Under the pieces are notes generated by a model. It worked only from the letters and a program-made list of their open reading frames with translations. It had not been told where the DNA came from and ran no database searches. From assembly GCA_903855135.1 (NCBI GenBank), contig CAINYB010000027.1:18679-82678 (forward strand): a stretch of 64,000 nucleotides of DNA, written 5' to 3'. The DNA comes from an uncultured bacterium. GTDB lineage: Bacteria; Patescibacteriota; Patescibacteriia; UBA1558; GWA2-36-10. This document shows positions 19,789 through 30,006 of this stretch, in pieces. Position 1 is the stretch's first letter, and the number at the start of each line of letters is the position of its first letter. A program made the translations under genes and the position numbers.

Positions 19789-21513
19789 ATGGAGTTTATT
19801 ATTTTTACAGGCTTTGTAGTTATTTTGATTCTTTTGTCTAATCTTCGTGGTCGAGTTTGGAAACTAGAACAATTAGCACAAAGAAATTTAGTTCAAAACA
19901 CAGCTGAGGTTAATCATCAGACGCAAACTAATCAAACAGTAGCTGAGCCTATACCAGCTAACAACGTCACACAAACTGTTGCTGTGAATAGCGGCACAGG
20001 AACTACTTGGATCGATGATTTTACTGATTGGGCCAAAGAAGATTGGCTACTGAAATTAGGTGCATTACTTTTGATCATTGGTTTTGGCTGGCTGACAACT
20101 TATGCTTTTTTAAACAACTGGATCGGTCCAATGGGTCGCATTACCCTAGGTATTATAGCCGGTTCATTATTTATTTTACTTGGCTATTGGAGAATCAAAA
20201 ATTATATCAATCAAGGAAGTGTATTTTTGGTGCTCGGTTCTACTGTTATCTTATTGACAGTCTTTGCTGCTCGTGAAGTGTATGATTTTTTCACTCCGCT
20301 ATCAGCTTTAGTTCTGATGTTTTTAAGTACCTCATTTGTTGCTTTTGCTAGTGTGAAATATAATAGCCGCGCCTTAGCTTTGATGAGTCTAGTGCTAGCT
20401 GGCATAGCACCACTATTGATAGCGGCACCAGCTAATGATTATGTTGCAAGATTTACTTATTTATTTGTTGTTATACTTGGGGCTATTTGGATAGTAGCTT
20501 TGACTGGTAGACGCGAGTTGATTACAGCTGCTTTGATATTGATAACTTTTTATAGTTTACCGCATTTTTTTAGCTCGTATTTGGTAGACACAGAAAAATT
20601 ATTATTTTTTTCTTATGCTTTTACTTCGGTATTTTTTATTACTAGTATTTTGGGAATTATCAAACAGCCAGACAAAAATATCAGCACAGATCTTTTGACC
20701 TCTGGCGCTAATGGTTTATTTTTGTTGGCCTGGATTATGACCGCTGCTCCTGATGAGTGGAAAAGTTTGATTATCGCTGCTTGGATGATTGTTTTTGCAG
20801 TTGGTGCATTTTTAATCTTTAAAATTACCAGTAGAAAAGAGCCATTTTATGTATATGCCGGTATTTGTATCGCTTTGCTTGCTGCTGCTACTTCAGCTGA
20901 ATTAAGTGGCGAAACTTTGACGATTGCTTATACCATCGAAAGTGCTGTTATCGCTATTATTTCATTTTTAGTTTTGCGAGATGTTCAAATTGCTCAAAGA
21001 ATTAACTTTTTATTTATTGTGCCAATCATGCTTTCATTTGATAGCATGAGCTCTAGAGTGTGGAGGACAAGCGTTTTTCATAAAGAATTTTTCGTTTTAT
21101 TGGTTTTAGGCTTAGTTTTGATGGGACTTGGTTGGTTTTTCTTGGAGCTTTTTCGTGAAGCTGCAGATAAAAAACACAAAGAGATTAGCGCTGCTTTGCT
21201 AATCATCGGTTCTATCTATACGTATATTCTTTTGTGGCTTTCTTTGCACGCCGCTTTATTAAATAATGACACAGCTACCATGCTTTCTTTGGTTGTTTAT
21301 ACTATTGTTGGTTTGATGATATATTTTTATAGTCTGACCAATGGAGGTAAAATTTTACGTTTATACAGTGGTTTATTACTCGGCTTTGTTATTTTAAGAC
21401 TACTTTTTGTGGATATCTGGAGGATGGCTTTAGCTGGCCGAGTAGTTACTTTCTTTGTGATTGGCTTGATGCTGGTAGCTACAGCATTTTTAGGTAAAAG
21501 AAAACAAAATTAA
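19789..21513 (+). CDS. DUF2339-like predicted membrane protein
   Basis: WLLKLGALLLIIGFGWLTTYAFLNNWIGPMGRI start and KL/RLLFVD-type end typical of the family. Confidence 0.8.
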   Translation: MEFIIFTGFVVILILLSNLRGRVWKLEQLAQRNLVQNTAEVNHQTQTNQTVAEPIPANNVTQTVAVNSGTGTTWIDDFTDWAKEDWLLKLGALLLIIGFGWLTTYAFLNNWIGPMGRITLGIIAGSLFILLGYWRIKNYINQGSVFLVLGSTVILLTVFAAREVYDFFTPLSALVLMFLSTSFVAFASVKYNSRALALMSLVLAGIAPLLIAAPANDYVARFTYLFVVILGAIWIVALTGRRELITAALILITFYSLPHFFSSYLVDTEKLLFFSYAFTSVFFITSILGIIKQPDKNISTDLLTSGANGLFLLAWIMTAAPDEWKSLIIAAWMIVFAVGAFLIFKITSRKEPFYVYAGICIALLAAATSAELSGETLTIAYTIESAVIAIISFLVLRDVQIAQRINFLFIVPIMLSFDSMSSRVWRTSVFHKEFFVLLVLGLVLMGLGWFFLELFREAADKKHKEISAALLIIGSIYTYILLWLSLHAALLNNDTATMLSLVVYTIVGLMIYFYSLTNGGKILRLYSGLLLGFVILRLLFVDIWRMALAGRVVTFFVIGLMLVATAFLGKRKQN

Positions 21514-21536
21514 TTATTATAGGCGAAATTAAATTT

Positions 21537-22691
21537 ATGAAATTTAAAACATTAGCTTTATTCATTTTTACATGCGTAATAGCTGCAACAGCAAATGCGC
21601 AAGCCTTACCAAAAAATCAAAATTCAGAAGCTATTTCGGCTTTTCGTTTGTATAAAGAAGTTGGAAATTTGCAAATAGCTACGCCAACAGTTGTAGAACT
21701 ACCTTTTTCTAATGATTTGTTAGAGCGTTTTGAGTTTGCGGTGCTTGATAAAAATACTAATACTTTTGAGCCCTATTTTTTCCAACAAAAAAATATGATC
21801 AATGCGTCGCCAGTATCTATCAGCACAAGTCCTAGTACTAGCAACGCTAGTATGATGAATGATAATAATACTAAGACATATACAGATTTTATTTTGCCTG
21901 AGGATACTCAGGGCAATGTCAAGATTACTATTTCTAGTGCAAATGCGATCACTTCTTCAGCCTTGACGACTTTGCTAGCTAATAATGTTTCTTTGCCAAA
22001 CTATGTGGAAATTCGTGCGCAAGTTGCTGGAGAAAATAGAATCATAGTAGCAAGCAAAAGAATGGAAGGCCAAACTATTAATTTCCCTCAAACTACTTCA
22101 AATAAATGGACGATTACCTTTTTATTTGGACAGCCACTGCGTATCAGTGAGTTGAGATTAAAACAGGATGATTATACACAAACTAGTTCTCAAACTTTGA
22201 AATTTTTAGCCCAGCCAGCTCATAATTATAGAGTTTATTTTGAGCCAGATAGATCGGCTAATATCAAGGTTGGTGAAGCTGGTAATTTAGTTTCAGCGGA
22301 AGAAGTTTTTGTTTTAGATCCGGTGGCTTCTCAAAATAATCCAGCGTATGTGATCGCTGATATCGACGGTGATAAAATTCCAGATATTCGGGATAATTGT
22401 GTAGAAATAGCAAATTTTGATCAGCAAGATATAAATAGCAATGGTCGTGGCGATGTCTGCGATGATTTTGATAAAGATGGCATTAATAATGAAATAGATA
22501 ATTGCCAAAATAATCCAAATCGTAATCAAGCAGACACTGATGGTGATGATATCGGTGATGTCTGTGATACAGAAGAAAGTAGGATCACCGAACGTAATGC
22601 TTGGCTACCTTGGGCGGGCATAGTTTTTGCGGTAATTGTTTTGGTGGTTTTATTAATTTTGACAGCTAAATCAAATAGTACTAAACAATAA
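21537..22691 (+). CDS. Secreted, C-anchored protein with thrombospondin type-3 Ca-binding repeats
   Basis: DIDGDKIPDIRDNC, DINSNGRGDVCDD, DTDGDDIGDVCD; signal peptide; C-terminal TM. Confidence 0.85.
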   Translation: MKFKTLALFIFTCVIAATANAQALPKNQNSEAISAFRLYKEVGNLQIATPTVVELPFSNDLLERFEFAVLDKNTNTFEPYFFQQKNMINASPVSISTSPSTSNASMMNDNNTKTYTDFILPEDTQGNVKITISSANAITSSALTTLLANNVSLPNYVEIRAQVAGENRIIVASKRMEGQTINFPQTTSNKWTITFLFGQPLRISELRLKQDDYTQTSSQTLKFLAQPAHNYRVYFEPDRSANIKVGEAGNLVSAEEVFVLDPVASQNNPAYVIADIDGDKIPDIRDNCVEIANFDQQDINSNGRGDVCDDFDKDGINNEIDNCQNNPNRNQADTDGDDIGDVCDTEESRITERNAWLPWAGIVFAVIVLVVLLILTAKSNSTKQ

Positions 22692-22752
22692 CAATCAATT
22701 TTTGAGGCTTATCCCGCCTTCGGCGGGATATAGCTCCAGAGTAAACAATTTT

Positions 22753-24165
22753 ATGAAAAATTATATCAAAGAAACAGTCAATCTGAGTATTGGCACAGAA
22801 GTTATTCTAAAAGGTTGGGTGCATGTTTATCGTCGCATGGGTAAACTAGGTTTTATTGAGCTTAGAGATTCTACTGGCATTGTCCAAATCGTTTGTGTGC
22901 CAAACGAAATGACTTTAGGTGCAGATATTTTAGATAACATCAGACCAGAGTTTGTTTTGAGTATCAAAGGCATTATCCAGGAGCGTGGCGAAAAACAAAA
23001 GCGCGAAGATCAGCTTACTGGTAAAATAGAAATTTTAGCCAAAGAATTAGAAATAATTTCTGAAAGCGCAACACCGCCATTTGAAATAAACAATGAAGAT
23101 AGACAAGCTAATGAAGAATTAAGATTAAAATATCGTTATTTAGATTTACGCCACGAACGCATGGCTTCTAATATAAAACTTAGACATAAAATCATTCATT
23201 TTTTTCGTAATTATCTAAGTGACAAAGATTTTACTGAAATTCAAACACCGATTTTATCAAAATCTACTCCAGAAGGTGCACGTGATTATCTGGTGCCATC
23301 TCGTTTGCATCCAGGTCAATTTTTTGCTTTACCACAAGCTCCACAGCAGTATAAACAGCTTTTGATGGTAGCTGGTTTTGAAAGATATTTTCAAATTGCT
23401 CCGTGTTTTCGTGATGAAGATGCTCGAGCTGACAGAAGTCCAGGAGAGTTTTATCAGCTAGATATGGAAATGTCTTTTGTGAAACAAGAAGATATTTTAA
23501 ATTTAGTGGAAGACATGATTACTAGTATGGTGGAAAAATTATTTCCTGAAAAGCACTTTTTAGCCAAGCCATGGCCAAGGCTAAATTATGATGATGTAAT
23601 GGCTAAATATAATTCAGATAAACCAGATTTACGCAAAGATAAAAATGATCCAAATGAATTAGCTTTTGCTTGGGTACTCAACTTTCCTTTGTTTATGAAA
23701 CAAACCGAAGAAGATATGTTTGTTGGCGCTGGGAAAGTCTGGGGACCATCACATAACATGTTTACTGCTCCAAAAGAAGAAGACATTCAGTTTTTAGACA
23801 CTGATCCTGGTAAAGTAAAGTCTTATCAGCACGATATGATCTTGAATGGTTTTGAAGTTGGTGGCGGTGCGGTGCGTATTCATGATAGTAAATTGCAGGA
23901 AAAGATTTGGGATTTGATCGGTTTTACTGAAGAGCAAAAACAACAATTCAAACATTATATTTCCGCTTTTAGCTATGGTGTACCACCACATGGTGGCATT
24001 GCACCTGGCTTGGATAGATTACTTATGGTTTTATTAGGCGAAAAGAGCTTAAAAGAAGCTATTGCTTTTCCACTGACTTCAGATGGTCGTGATCCAATGA
24101 TGGAATCACCAAGTACAGTCACTCAAGAACAGCTTGATGAGCTAAATTTAAGTTTAAATAAATAA
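22753..24165 (+). CDS. aspS: Aspartate--tRNA ligase, short form lacking the GAD insertion
   Basis: STPEGARDYLVPSR, QAPQQYKQLLM, PPHGGIAPGLDR; start is ATG 22753. Confidence 0.96.
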   Translation: MKNYIKETVNLSIGTEVILKGWVHVYRRMGKLGFIELRDSTGIVQIVCVPNEMTLGADILDNIRPEFVLSIKGIIQERGEKQKREDQLTGKIEILAKELEIISESATPPFEINNEDRQANEELRLKYRYLDLRHERMASNIKLRHKIIHFFRNYLSDKDFTEIQTPILSKSTPEGARDYLVPSRLHPGQFFALPQAPQQYKQLLMVAGFERYFQIAPCFRDEDARADRSPGEFYQLDMEMSFVKQEDILNLVEDMITSMVEKLFPEKHFLAKPWPRLNYDDVMAKYNSDKPDLRKDKNDPNELAFAWVLNFPLFMKQTEEDMFVGAGKVWGPSHNMFTAPKEEDIQFLDTDPGKVKSYQHDMILNGFEVGGGAVRIHDSKLQEKIWDLIGFTEEQKQQFKHYISAFSYGVPPHGGIAPGLDRLLMVLLGEKSLKEAIAFPLTSDGRDPMMESPSTVTQEQLDELNLSLNK

Positions 24166-24176
24166 AAAATAATTTT

Positions 24177-24959
24177 ATGAAAAGAAGAATATTATATCCA
24201 GCACTTTTATTGATTTTCATGGCTTTAGTGGTCTTTATGGTTTTATACCTTTTTATTTTACCTGGTGATTCTGATCTAGGTGCTGCTGTTTTTTTTATGT
24301 CTCTTGTGGGCCTAATAGCATTTATTTATGTTTTAATATTTATTATTTATGAAATTAAACATAAAAATTTAGGTCAAAATATTTTAATCAAAACTAATTT
24401 AATTTATAAAATTATTATTTTTTTGATTATATTAGTAAATATCGTATATGTACCTATTTATTTGTTGCTTTTAGAATTTAATAGATCAAAATACTATGTG
24501 TTTGATATAGCAGCATGGTTGCTTGCTTGGTTATTTGTTTTGGGTGTATTACATTTTCATAAAAAATTGATAAATAAAAATCTTTTAAAAGGACACTATT
24601 TTAATATAGTGACGACAGTATTAATGATGGCCTCTATTGCAACTTGCATTGGTTTGATTGACCAAGAATGGCAGCAGACTTTGAGGCATGAGCGTCGTAA
24701 TCTTGCATTTAAGACTACATATGCGGAAAATGATCTAGCTAAATGCGTACGCTTAACAGACAATGCGGAGCAGTGTGTGTTATATTTTTTGCATGAATCA
24801 AAAAATCCAGCTATTTGTAAGGGTGATTTTATAAGTACATGCGTACGCTATTTTTCGAGGGGGTCAAAAAATTCAGCTACTTGTGATGAGTACTTATCGT
24901 ATAATTCAGATTTCATTGATATTAACAGCCTTATTTCTGCTTGCGGGTGGCCAAATTAA
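24177..24959 (+). CDS. Membrane protein with Cys-rich C-terminal repeats
   Basis: About 5 TM segments, then spaced cysteines. Confidence 0.65.
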   Translation: MKRRILYPALLLIFMALVVFMVLYLFILPGDSDLGAAVFFMSLVGLIAFIYVLIFIIYEIKHKNLGQNILIKTNLIYKIIIFLIILVNIVYVPIYLLLLEFNRSKYYVFDIAAWLLAWLFVLGVLHFHKKLINKNLLKGHYFNIVTTVLMMASIATCIGLIDQEWQQTLRHERRNLAFKTTYAENDLAKCVRLTDNAEQCVLYFLHESKNPAICKGDFISTCVRYFSRGSKNSATCDEYLSYNSDFIDINSLISACGWPN

Positions 24960-24967
24960 TATTTTTT

Positions 24968-25666
24968 ATGCATAAATTTTCTTTAGAACAATTTGAAGGT
25001 CCGCTTGATTTGCTATTACAGCTGATAGAAAAACAAAAGCTACAAATCACTGAAATCTCTTTGAGCCTTGTGACTGATCAATATCTAAATTATCTTGATC
25101 AAAACAAAAATATTGCCAGTGAAGAAGTGGCGGATTTTTTGTTAATTGCTTCTAAATTGATTTATTTAAAATCAAAGTATTTATTGCCAAATTTAGAGCT
25201 AGAAGCAGACGCGGAAGTCAATGATTTAGAGAAACAACTTAAAATTTATCGTCAATATTATGAAGCCAGTAAAAAATTTAATCGTTTGTGGATGAAAAAT
25301 AAAATGTCTTATGGACGTTTGTCACCATTTAAATTACCGCCACGCGAGGGATTTTTTGCACCAGCCAATTTAGACTTGATTTTGATGTCGCAATTATTTT
25401 CTGGTGTTTTAGGCAAGATAAAAGCAGTGGTAAATTTACCAAAGATTGTGATGCAAAAAGCGGTTTCTATAGGAGAAAAAATTACACACATCAGAAATTT
25501 GATTAAAAATGCGGCTAGTTTTTCTTTTCATCACTTGATTACCGAAAAAAATGATAAAACAGAAGCGATAGTCAGTTTTTTAGCGATGTTAGAATTAGTT
25601 AAACAAAGAGAAATAGAGGTCAGTCAAGATGATTTATTTGGTGAAGTAAAAATTTTTAAATATTAA
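24968..25666 (+). CDS. scpA: Segregation and condensation protein A
   Basis: FEGPLDLLLQLI, FLAMLELVK; ATG 24968. Confidence 0.95.
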   Translation: MHKFSLEQFEGPLDLLLQLIEKQKLQITEISLSLVTDQYLNYLDQNKNIASEEVADFLLIASKLIYLKSKYLLPNLELEADAEVNDLEKQLKIYRQYYEASKKFNRLWMKNKMSYGRLSPFKLPPREGFFAPANLDLILMSQLFSGVLGKIKAVVNLPKIVMQKAVSIGEKITHIRNLIKNAASFSFHHLITEKNDKTEAIVSFLAMLELVKQREIEVSQDDLFGEVKIFKY

Positions 25667-25668
25667 TT

Positions 25669-26241
25669 ATGTCTCAAGAAAACGAAAAAAAATTTACCAT
25701 TTCTGTGGCCAGTTTAGAAAGCTTATTGCTTGCTGCTGGTAAGCCTTTGGCTTTTAAAGAAATAGTTGATTTATTCAAAGAAGATTTAGCTAAAGTAGAA
25801 GAAATTTTAAATGAATTAGAACAAAAATATAATCATCCAGATTCTGGCATACATTTGGTTTTAAATAATAAAAAAGCACAACTAGTGACAAATCCAAATA
25901 ATGCGGAAATTTTACAAACTTATTTGCATGACGAGCAAACTGGAGAATTAAGTAAAGCTTCTTTAGAAACTTTGACTATTATCGCTTACCGGCAGCCGAT
26001 TTCCAAAGAAGAGTTAGAACAAATCAGAGGTGTGAATTGTAGCTTGATTATGCGTAATTTGATGATTAGGGGTTTGATAGAAGCTCAAGAGGACAAAGAT
26101 GATTTAGCACCAAAATATTCAGTGACGATTGATTTATTAAGGCATTTGGGTATAGACAGTGTCAAGCAATTACCAGATTTTGATAGCTTGAATAGCAATG
26201 AAAATTTACAGACTTTATTAAATCAAGTGAAGACAGAATAA
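25669..26241 (+). CDS. scpB: Segregation and condensation protein B
   Basis: LSKASLETLTIIAYRQPI, IRGVN. Confidence 0.95.
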   Translation: MSQENEKKFTISVASLESLLLAAGKPLAFKEIVDLFKEDLAKVEEILNELEQKYNHPDSGIHLVLNNKKAQLVTNPNNAEILQTYLHDEQTGELSKASLETLTIIAYRQPISKEELEQIRGVNCSLIMRNLMIRGLIEAQEDKDDLAPKYSVTIDLLRHLGIDSVKQLPDFDSLNSNENLQTLLNQVKTE

Positions 26242-26244
26242 TTT

Positions 26245-26925
26245 ATGATCATGCGTTTAGCAAAATATTTGAGCAACAGTGGTATTGCTTCTCGCCGTCA
26301 GGCTGAAGTTTTGATTAGTTCCGGGAAAGTAAAAGTCAATGGCGAAATAGTAAAAACTTTAGGCACAAGTATTGATTCTGAACAGGATCAAATTTTTTAT
26401 AATAATAAATTAGTCAAATCCGACGATAAAGTTTATTATTTATTAAATAAACCAGTGGGCTATATTTGCTCAAACTTTGATGCACATAATAGACAAAATG
26501 TTTTAACACTTGTGCCAAAATCTCCGCGTGTTTATCCAGTCGGCCGTTTAGATAAAGATAGCCAGGGTTTGTTATTGCTTACTAACGATGGTGATTTGAC
26601 TTATGAATTGACTCATCCCAAGTTTGCTGTCAAAAAAGAGTATTTAGTAGAGCTAGATAAAGAGATTTTAGCTAAAGATTTACTAAAGCTAAAAAGTGGC
26701 ATCAGATTGACTGAGGGCGTGGCTAAGGCTGATCAAGTCAAAAAAATTTCTCCCTATAAAATTCAGATTACTATTCATCAGGGCTGGAATAGACAGCTTA
26801 GACGTATGTTACAAGCTTTGAATTATAAAGTTGTGAGCTTAACTAGAGTAAAAGAAGGTGATTTGGCTTTAGGAAATTTAGCGCTTGGTAAGTATAAAAT
26901 TTTAAATATTAAAGATTTTAAATAA
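26245..26925 (+). CDS. rluB: RsuA/RluB family pseudouridine synthase
   Basis: S4 domain, VGRLDKDSQGLLLLTNDG. Confidence 0.88.
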   Translation: MIMRLAKYLSNSGIASRRQAEVLISSGKVKVNGEIVKTLGTSIDSEQDQIFYNNKLVKSDDKVYYLLNKPVGYICSNFDAHNRQNVLTLVPKSPRVYPVGRLDKDSQGLLLLTNDGDLTYELTHPKFAVKKEYLVELDKEILAKDLLKLKSGIRLTEGVAKADQVKKISPYKIQITIHQGWNRQLRRMLQALNYKVVSLTRVKEGDLALGNLALGKYKILNIKDFK

Positions 26926-27837
26926 ATGTGGGCAGGCTTAGCAAAGATTTTTTTATTATTACAAATAGTAGTAGCACCTGTGCACTCTATTTTTACTTTA
27001 GAGCTAAAAAATATAGACAATAAAAATATTGTCACCGTGCAATCAAAATTAGCGAGCGAAAATTTGCCCTCTAAAATAGACAATGATTCTTTGGGTGTGA
27101 AATTGACTGCAAGTTCTGCGGCTGTTATGGACAAGGCTAGCGGTTTAGTGCTGTGGCAACAGCAAGCTGATGTGGTCAGGCCAATTGCGAGTATCAGTAA
27201 ACTGATGGCGGTATTAGTATTTTTGGAACACAATCCTGGCTGGGACGCAGAAGTGACTTTAGAGGAAACAGATTTTGTGATTTCTAGTCCAGTGAAATTA
27301 GTAGCTGGTGAAAAAGTAAAGGTTAAAGATTTATTTTATGCTAGCCTGATCGCTTCAGATAATAATGCTTTACTGGCTTTGGTGCGTGCTAGTGGCAAAA
27401 CTCAAGCTGAGTTTGTAGCTTTAATGAATGCTAAAGCAAAAGATTTGAAACTAACGAAAACTCAATTTTTTGAACCTACTGGGCTAAGTGCAAAAAATGT
27501 TTCGACCGCCAATGAAGTTTTGGTTTTAGCCAAAAATGCTTTTGCTGTCTCAGAAGTCAGAAAAACAGCCAGTCTCGCTAATTATGATTTTACAGCTTTA
27601 AGTGGAGAAAAACATAAAGTGGTTTCTACTAATAAGCTATTAGGTAGCTTTTTACATTTGGGACCAGCCAAAACTGGCTATATCGGTGAGGCAGGTTTTT
27701 GTCTAGTAGCGGAAGTAGCCAATGAAAATAACCAAGAAATTTTAGCCGTAGTTTTAAATTCGGATAGTAATGACAATCGTTTTCAAGATTTAAAAGCTTT
27801 AGCTTATTGGATCTTTCAAAATTTTCACTGGTCTTAA
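26926..27837 (+). CDS. D-alanyl-D-alanine carboxypeptidase/endopeptidase (S11)
   Basis: SISK, SDN, KTG motifs. Confidence 0.92.
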   Translation: MWAGLAKIFLLLQIVVAPVHSIFTLELKNIDNKNIVTVQSKLASENLPSKIDNDSLGVKLTASSAAVMDKASGLVLWQQQADVVRPIASISKLMAVLVFLEHNPGWDAEVTLEETDFVISSPVKLVAGEKVKVKDLFYASLIASDNNALLALVRASGKTQAEFVALMNAKAKDLKLTKTQFFEPTGLSAKNVSTANEVLVLAKNAFAVSEVRKTASLANYDFTALSGEKHKVVSTNKLLGSFLHLGPAKTGYIGEAGFCLVAEVANENNQEILAVVLNSDSNDNRFQDLKALAYWIFQNFHWS

Positions 27838-27863
27838 AAACGATTTTGTTTTATACTTAAAAT

Positions 27864-28361
27864 ATGTTGGAGTATATTTATAATTTAGTGCAAACTTTGC
27901 CGCCAGAACTTGCTGTAGTTTTGTTGTCTATCACTCCGATTACCGAAATCAGACTTTCTATACCATTTGCTATGCAGGTCTATGGTTTTACGCCTTATCA
28001 GGCGATGTTTTGGTCAGTTTTGGGAGATATTATTCCCGCTGCTTTGTTGATTTATTATTTAGGGCCAGTTTCTCAATTTTTGATCAAAAGATCGAGAATG
28101 GCCCGTAGATTTTTTGCTTGGCTATTTAGTCAAACTAGACAAAAGTTTCCCGAGGATTATTCGGCCCTAGGTAAAATAGCCTTAATGCTTTTTGTAGCTT
28201 TACCATTTCCTGGTTTTGGCGCTTGGTCAGGAGCAATTGCTGCTTGGTTATTTGATATGAAAAAAACTGAAGCCTTAATTTTTATTTTATTAGGCATTAT
28301 TTTAGCTGCTTTAGCAGTTACTGGTTTATCGGTGGGTGTTTTTAGCATTTTTAAACTTTAA
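27864..28361 (+). CDS. Putative small multi-drug export protein (COG2426-like)
   Basis: PITEIRLSIP, FVALPFPGFGAWSG. Confidence 0.85.
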   Translation: MLEYIYNLVQTLPPELAVVLLSITPITEIRLSIPFAMQVYGFTPYQAMFWSVLGDIIPAALLIYYLGPVSQFLIKRSRMARRFFAWLFSQTRQKFPEDYSALGKIALMLFVALPFPGFGAWSGAIAAWLFDMKKTEALIFILLGIILAALAVTGLSVGVFSIFKL

Positions 28362-28363
28362 AT

Positions 28364-29131
28364 ATGGAAAAAAATAAAAAAATAGTGATTGCCAATTGGA
28401 AAATGCAGTTAAGTCCAGCAGAAGCAAGCTTACAAGCTAAAAATTTTAAAAAATTATATAACAAGGCGGGTTTAGAAAAAAAAGTAGAGGTGGCGATTGC
28501 GCCAGATTTTTTGTCTTACTTAGAAGTAGCCAAAGTTTTTGCTGGTTCCAATATATTTTTAGCGGCACAAAACGGCTATAGTGAAACCAAGGGTGCTTTT
28601 ACGGGAGAAATTTCTTTAGCTACTTTGAAAGAGACTGGTTGTACTTATGTTTTAATCGGTCATTCAGAGCGCCGACAATTTTTTGCGGAAACAGATGAAA
28701 GTATAAATAATAAAATTTCTTTTGCTTTACAGCAAGATTTAATCCCAGTTTTATGTATTGGTGAGACATTTGCTGATCGTAAAGATGGTCGTAAAGATGT
28801 AGTGGTGATGCAACAGGTACAAAATGCTTTGCGTGGCATAGATATCAAGCCAAGTCAGACATTAATTATCGCTTATGAGCCAGTTTGGGCCATCGGTTCT
28901 GGTCAAGCAATGCAGCCAGCGGAGCTAAAACACACCGCGATGATTATTCGCCAAAGTTTGATTGATGTTTTAGAAGATAAAGATTTACCATTGGTTAAAA
29001 TTATTTATGGTGGTAGTGTGAATTCAGAAAATATTAGCTCATTTACAGATTTGGATATTATTTCTGGTGCTTTGATTGGCGGTGCGAGTTTAGAGGCCGA
29101 AAAATTTATTGATTTAATTAAACAAATATAA
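28364..29131 (+). CDS. tpiA: Triosephosphate isomerase
   Basis: ANWKM, GHSERR, AYEPVWAIG, YGGSV. Confidence 0.98.
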   Translation: MEKNKKIVIANWKMQLSPAEASLQAKNFKKLYNKAGLEKKVEVAIAPDFLSYLEVAKVFAGSNIFLAAQNGYSETKGAFTGEISLATLKETGCTYVLIGHSERRQFFAETDESINNKISFALQQDLIPVLCIGETFADRKDGRKDVVVMQQVQNALRGIDIKPSQTLIIAYEPVWAIGSGQAMQPAELKHTAMIIRQSLIDVLEDKDLPLVKIIYGGSVNSENISSFTDLDIISGALIGGASLEAEKFIDLIKQI

Positions 29132-29133
29132 AT

Positions 29134-30003
29134 ATGATTGTCCCAATAGAAAAAATTGTTAATAAAGCTAAAAAGCAAAAATATGCTATCGGCGCTTTTA
29201 ATACTTCAAATTTAGAAATCACTTTAGCGATTGTCAGGGCAGCGGTGAAAATGAAGTCGCCGGTCATTATCCAGACCTCTGAGTCAGCCATTGAGTATTC
29301 TAATGCTGAAGTTCTGTTTAATCTGATTAAAACAGTGGCTAATACAGTGGGGAAAAATGTGCCGATTGCTATCCATTTGGATCATGGTAAAGACTTGTCA
29401 ATCATTGAAAAATGTGTCAAAGTAGGCTACAATTCAGTGCACATTGATGCTTCGGTAGAGGACTTTAAGACTAACATCAAATTAAGCCAAAAAGTCGCAA
29501 AATTAGCCCATAAACATCATATTTGGGTACAAGCAGAGTTAGGTGCTATTTTAGGCAAAGAGGGCTTAGTGAAGCTCAAGACTGGCGAAATTGACATGAA
29601 AGACTTGATGACTGATCCAGAGAAAGCAGCTGAATTTGTCAAAAAAACTGGCTTAAATACTTTAGCGGTCTCTATCGGTACTATCCATGGTCATTTTCAA
29701 GGCATTGAAAAAGTGGATTTGCCACGTTTACAAAAGATAGCCAAAGCAGTGAATGTGCCATTAGTGATGCACGGTGGTAGTGGTTTAAAAGATGTAGATT
29801 TTAAAAAAGCGATTGCCAATGGTATTTCTATCATTAATATCGATACGAATTTACGTTTAGCATTTAAAGATGCTTTACAAAAAAATTTAAATAAACAAAG
29901 CGATTTAATTGATCCGCGAAAAATTTTGACACCAAGCATCATAGCGATGCAAGCTGAAGTAGAACGCATTATCAAAGTATTTGGTAGTCAAAACAAAGCT
30001 TAA
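29134..30003 (+). CDS. fba: Class II fructose-bisphosphate aldolase
   Basis: HLDHG, GTIHG, LVMHGGSG, NIDT. Confidence 0.95.
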   Translation: MIVPIEKIVNKAKKQKYAIGAFNTSNLEITLAIVRAAVKMKSPVIIQTSESAIEYSNAEVLFNLIKTVANTVGKNVPIAIHLDHGKDLSIIEKCVKVGYNSVHIDASVEDFKTNIKLSQKVAKLAHKHHIWVQAELGAILGKEGLVKLKTGEIDMKDLMTDPEKAAEFVKKTGLNTLAVSIGTIHGHFQGIEKVDLPRLQKIAKAVNVPLVMHGGSGLKDVDFKKAIANGISIINIDTNLRLAFKDALQKNLNKQSDLIDPRKILTPSIIAMQAEVERIIKVFGSQNKA

Positions 30004-30006
30004 TTT

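Noticed and set aside
22702-22752. aspS N-terminal extension MRLIPPSAG
   Set aside because: Translation of an intergenic palindrome; ATG 22753 has the usual TTTTATG context.
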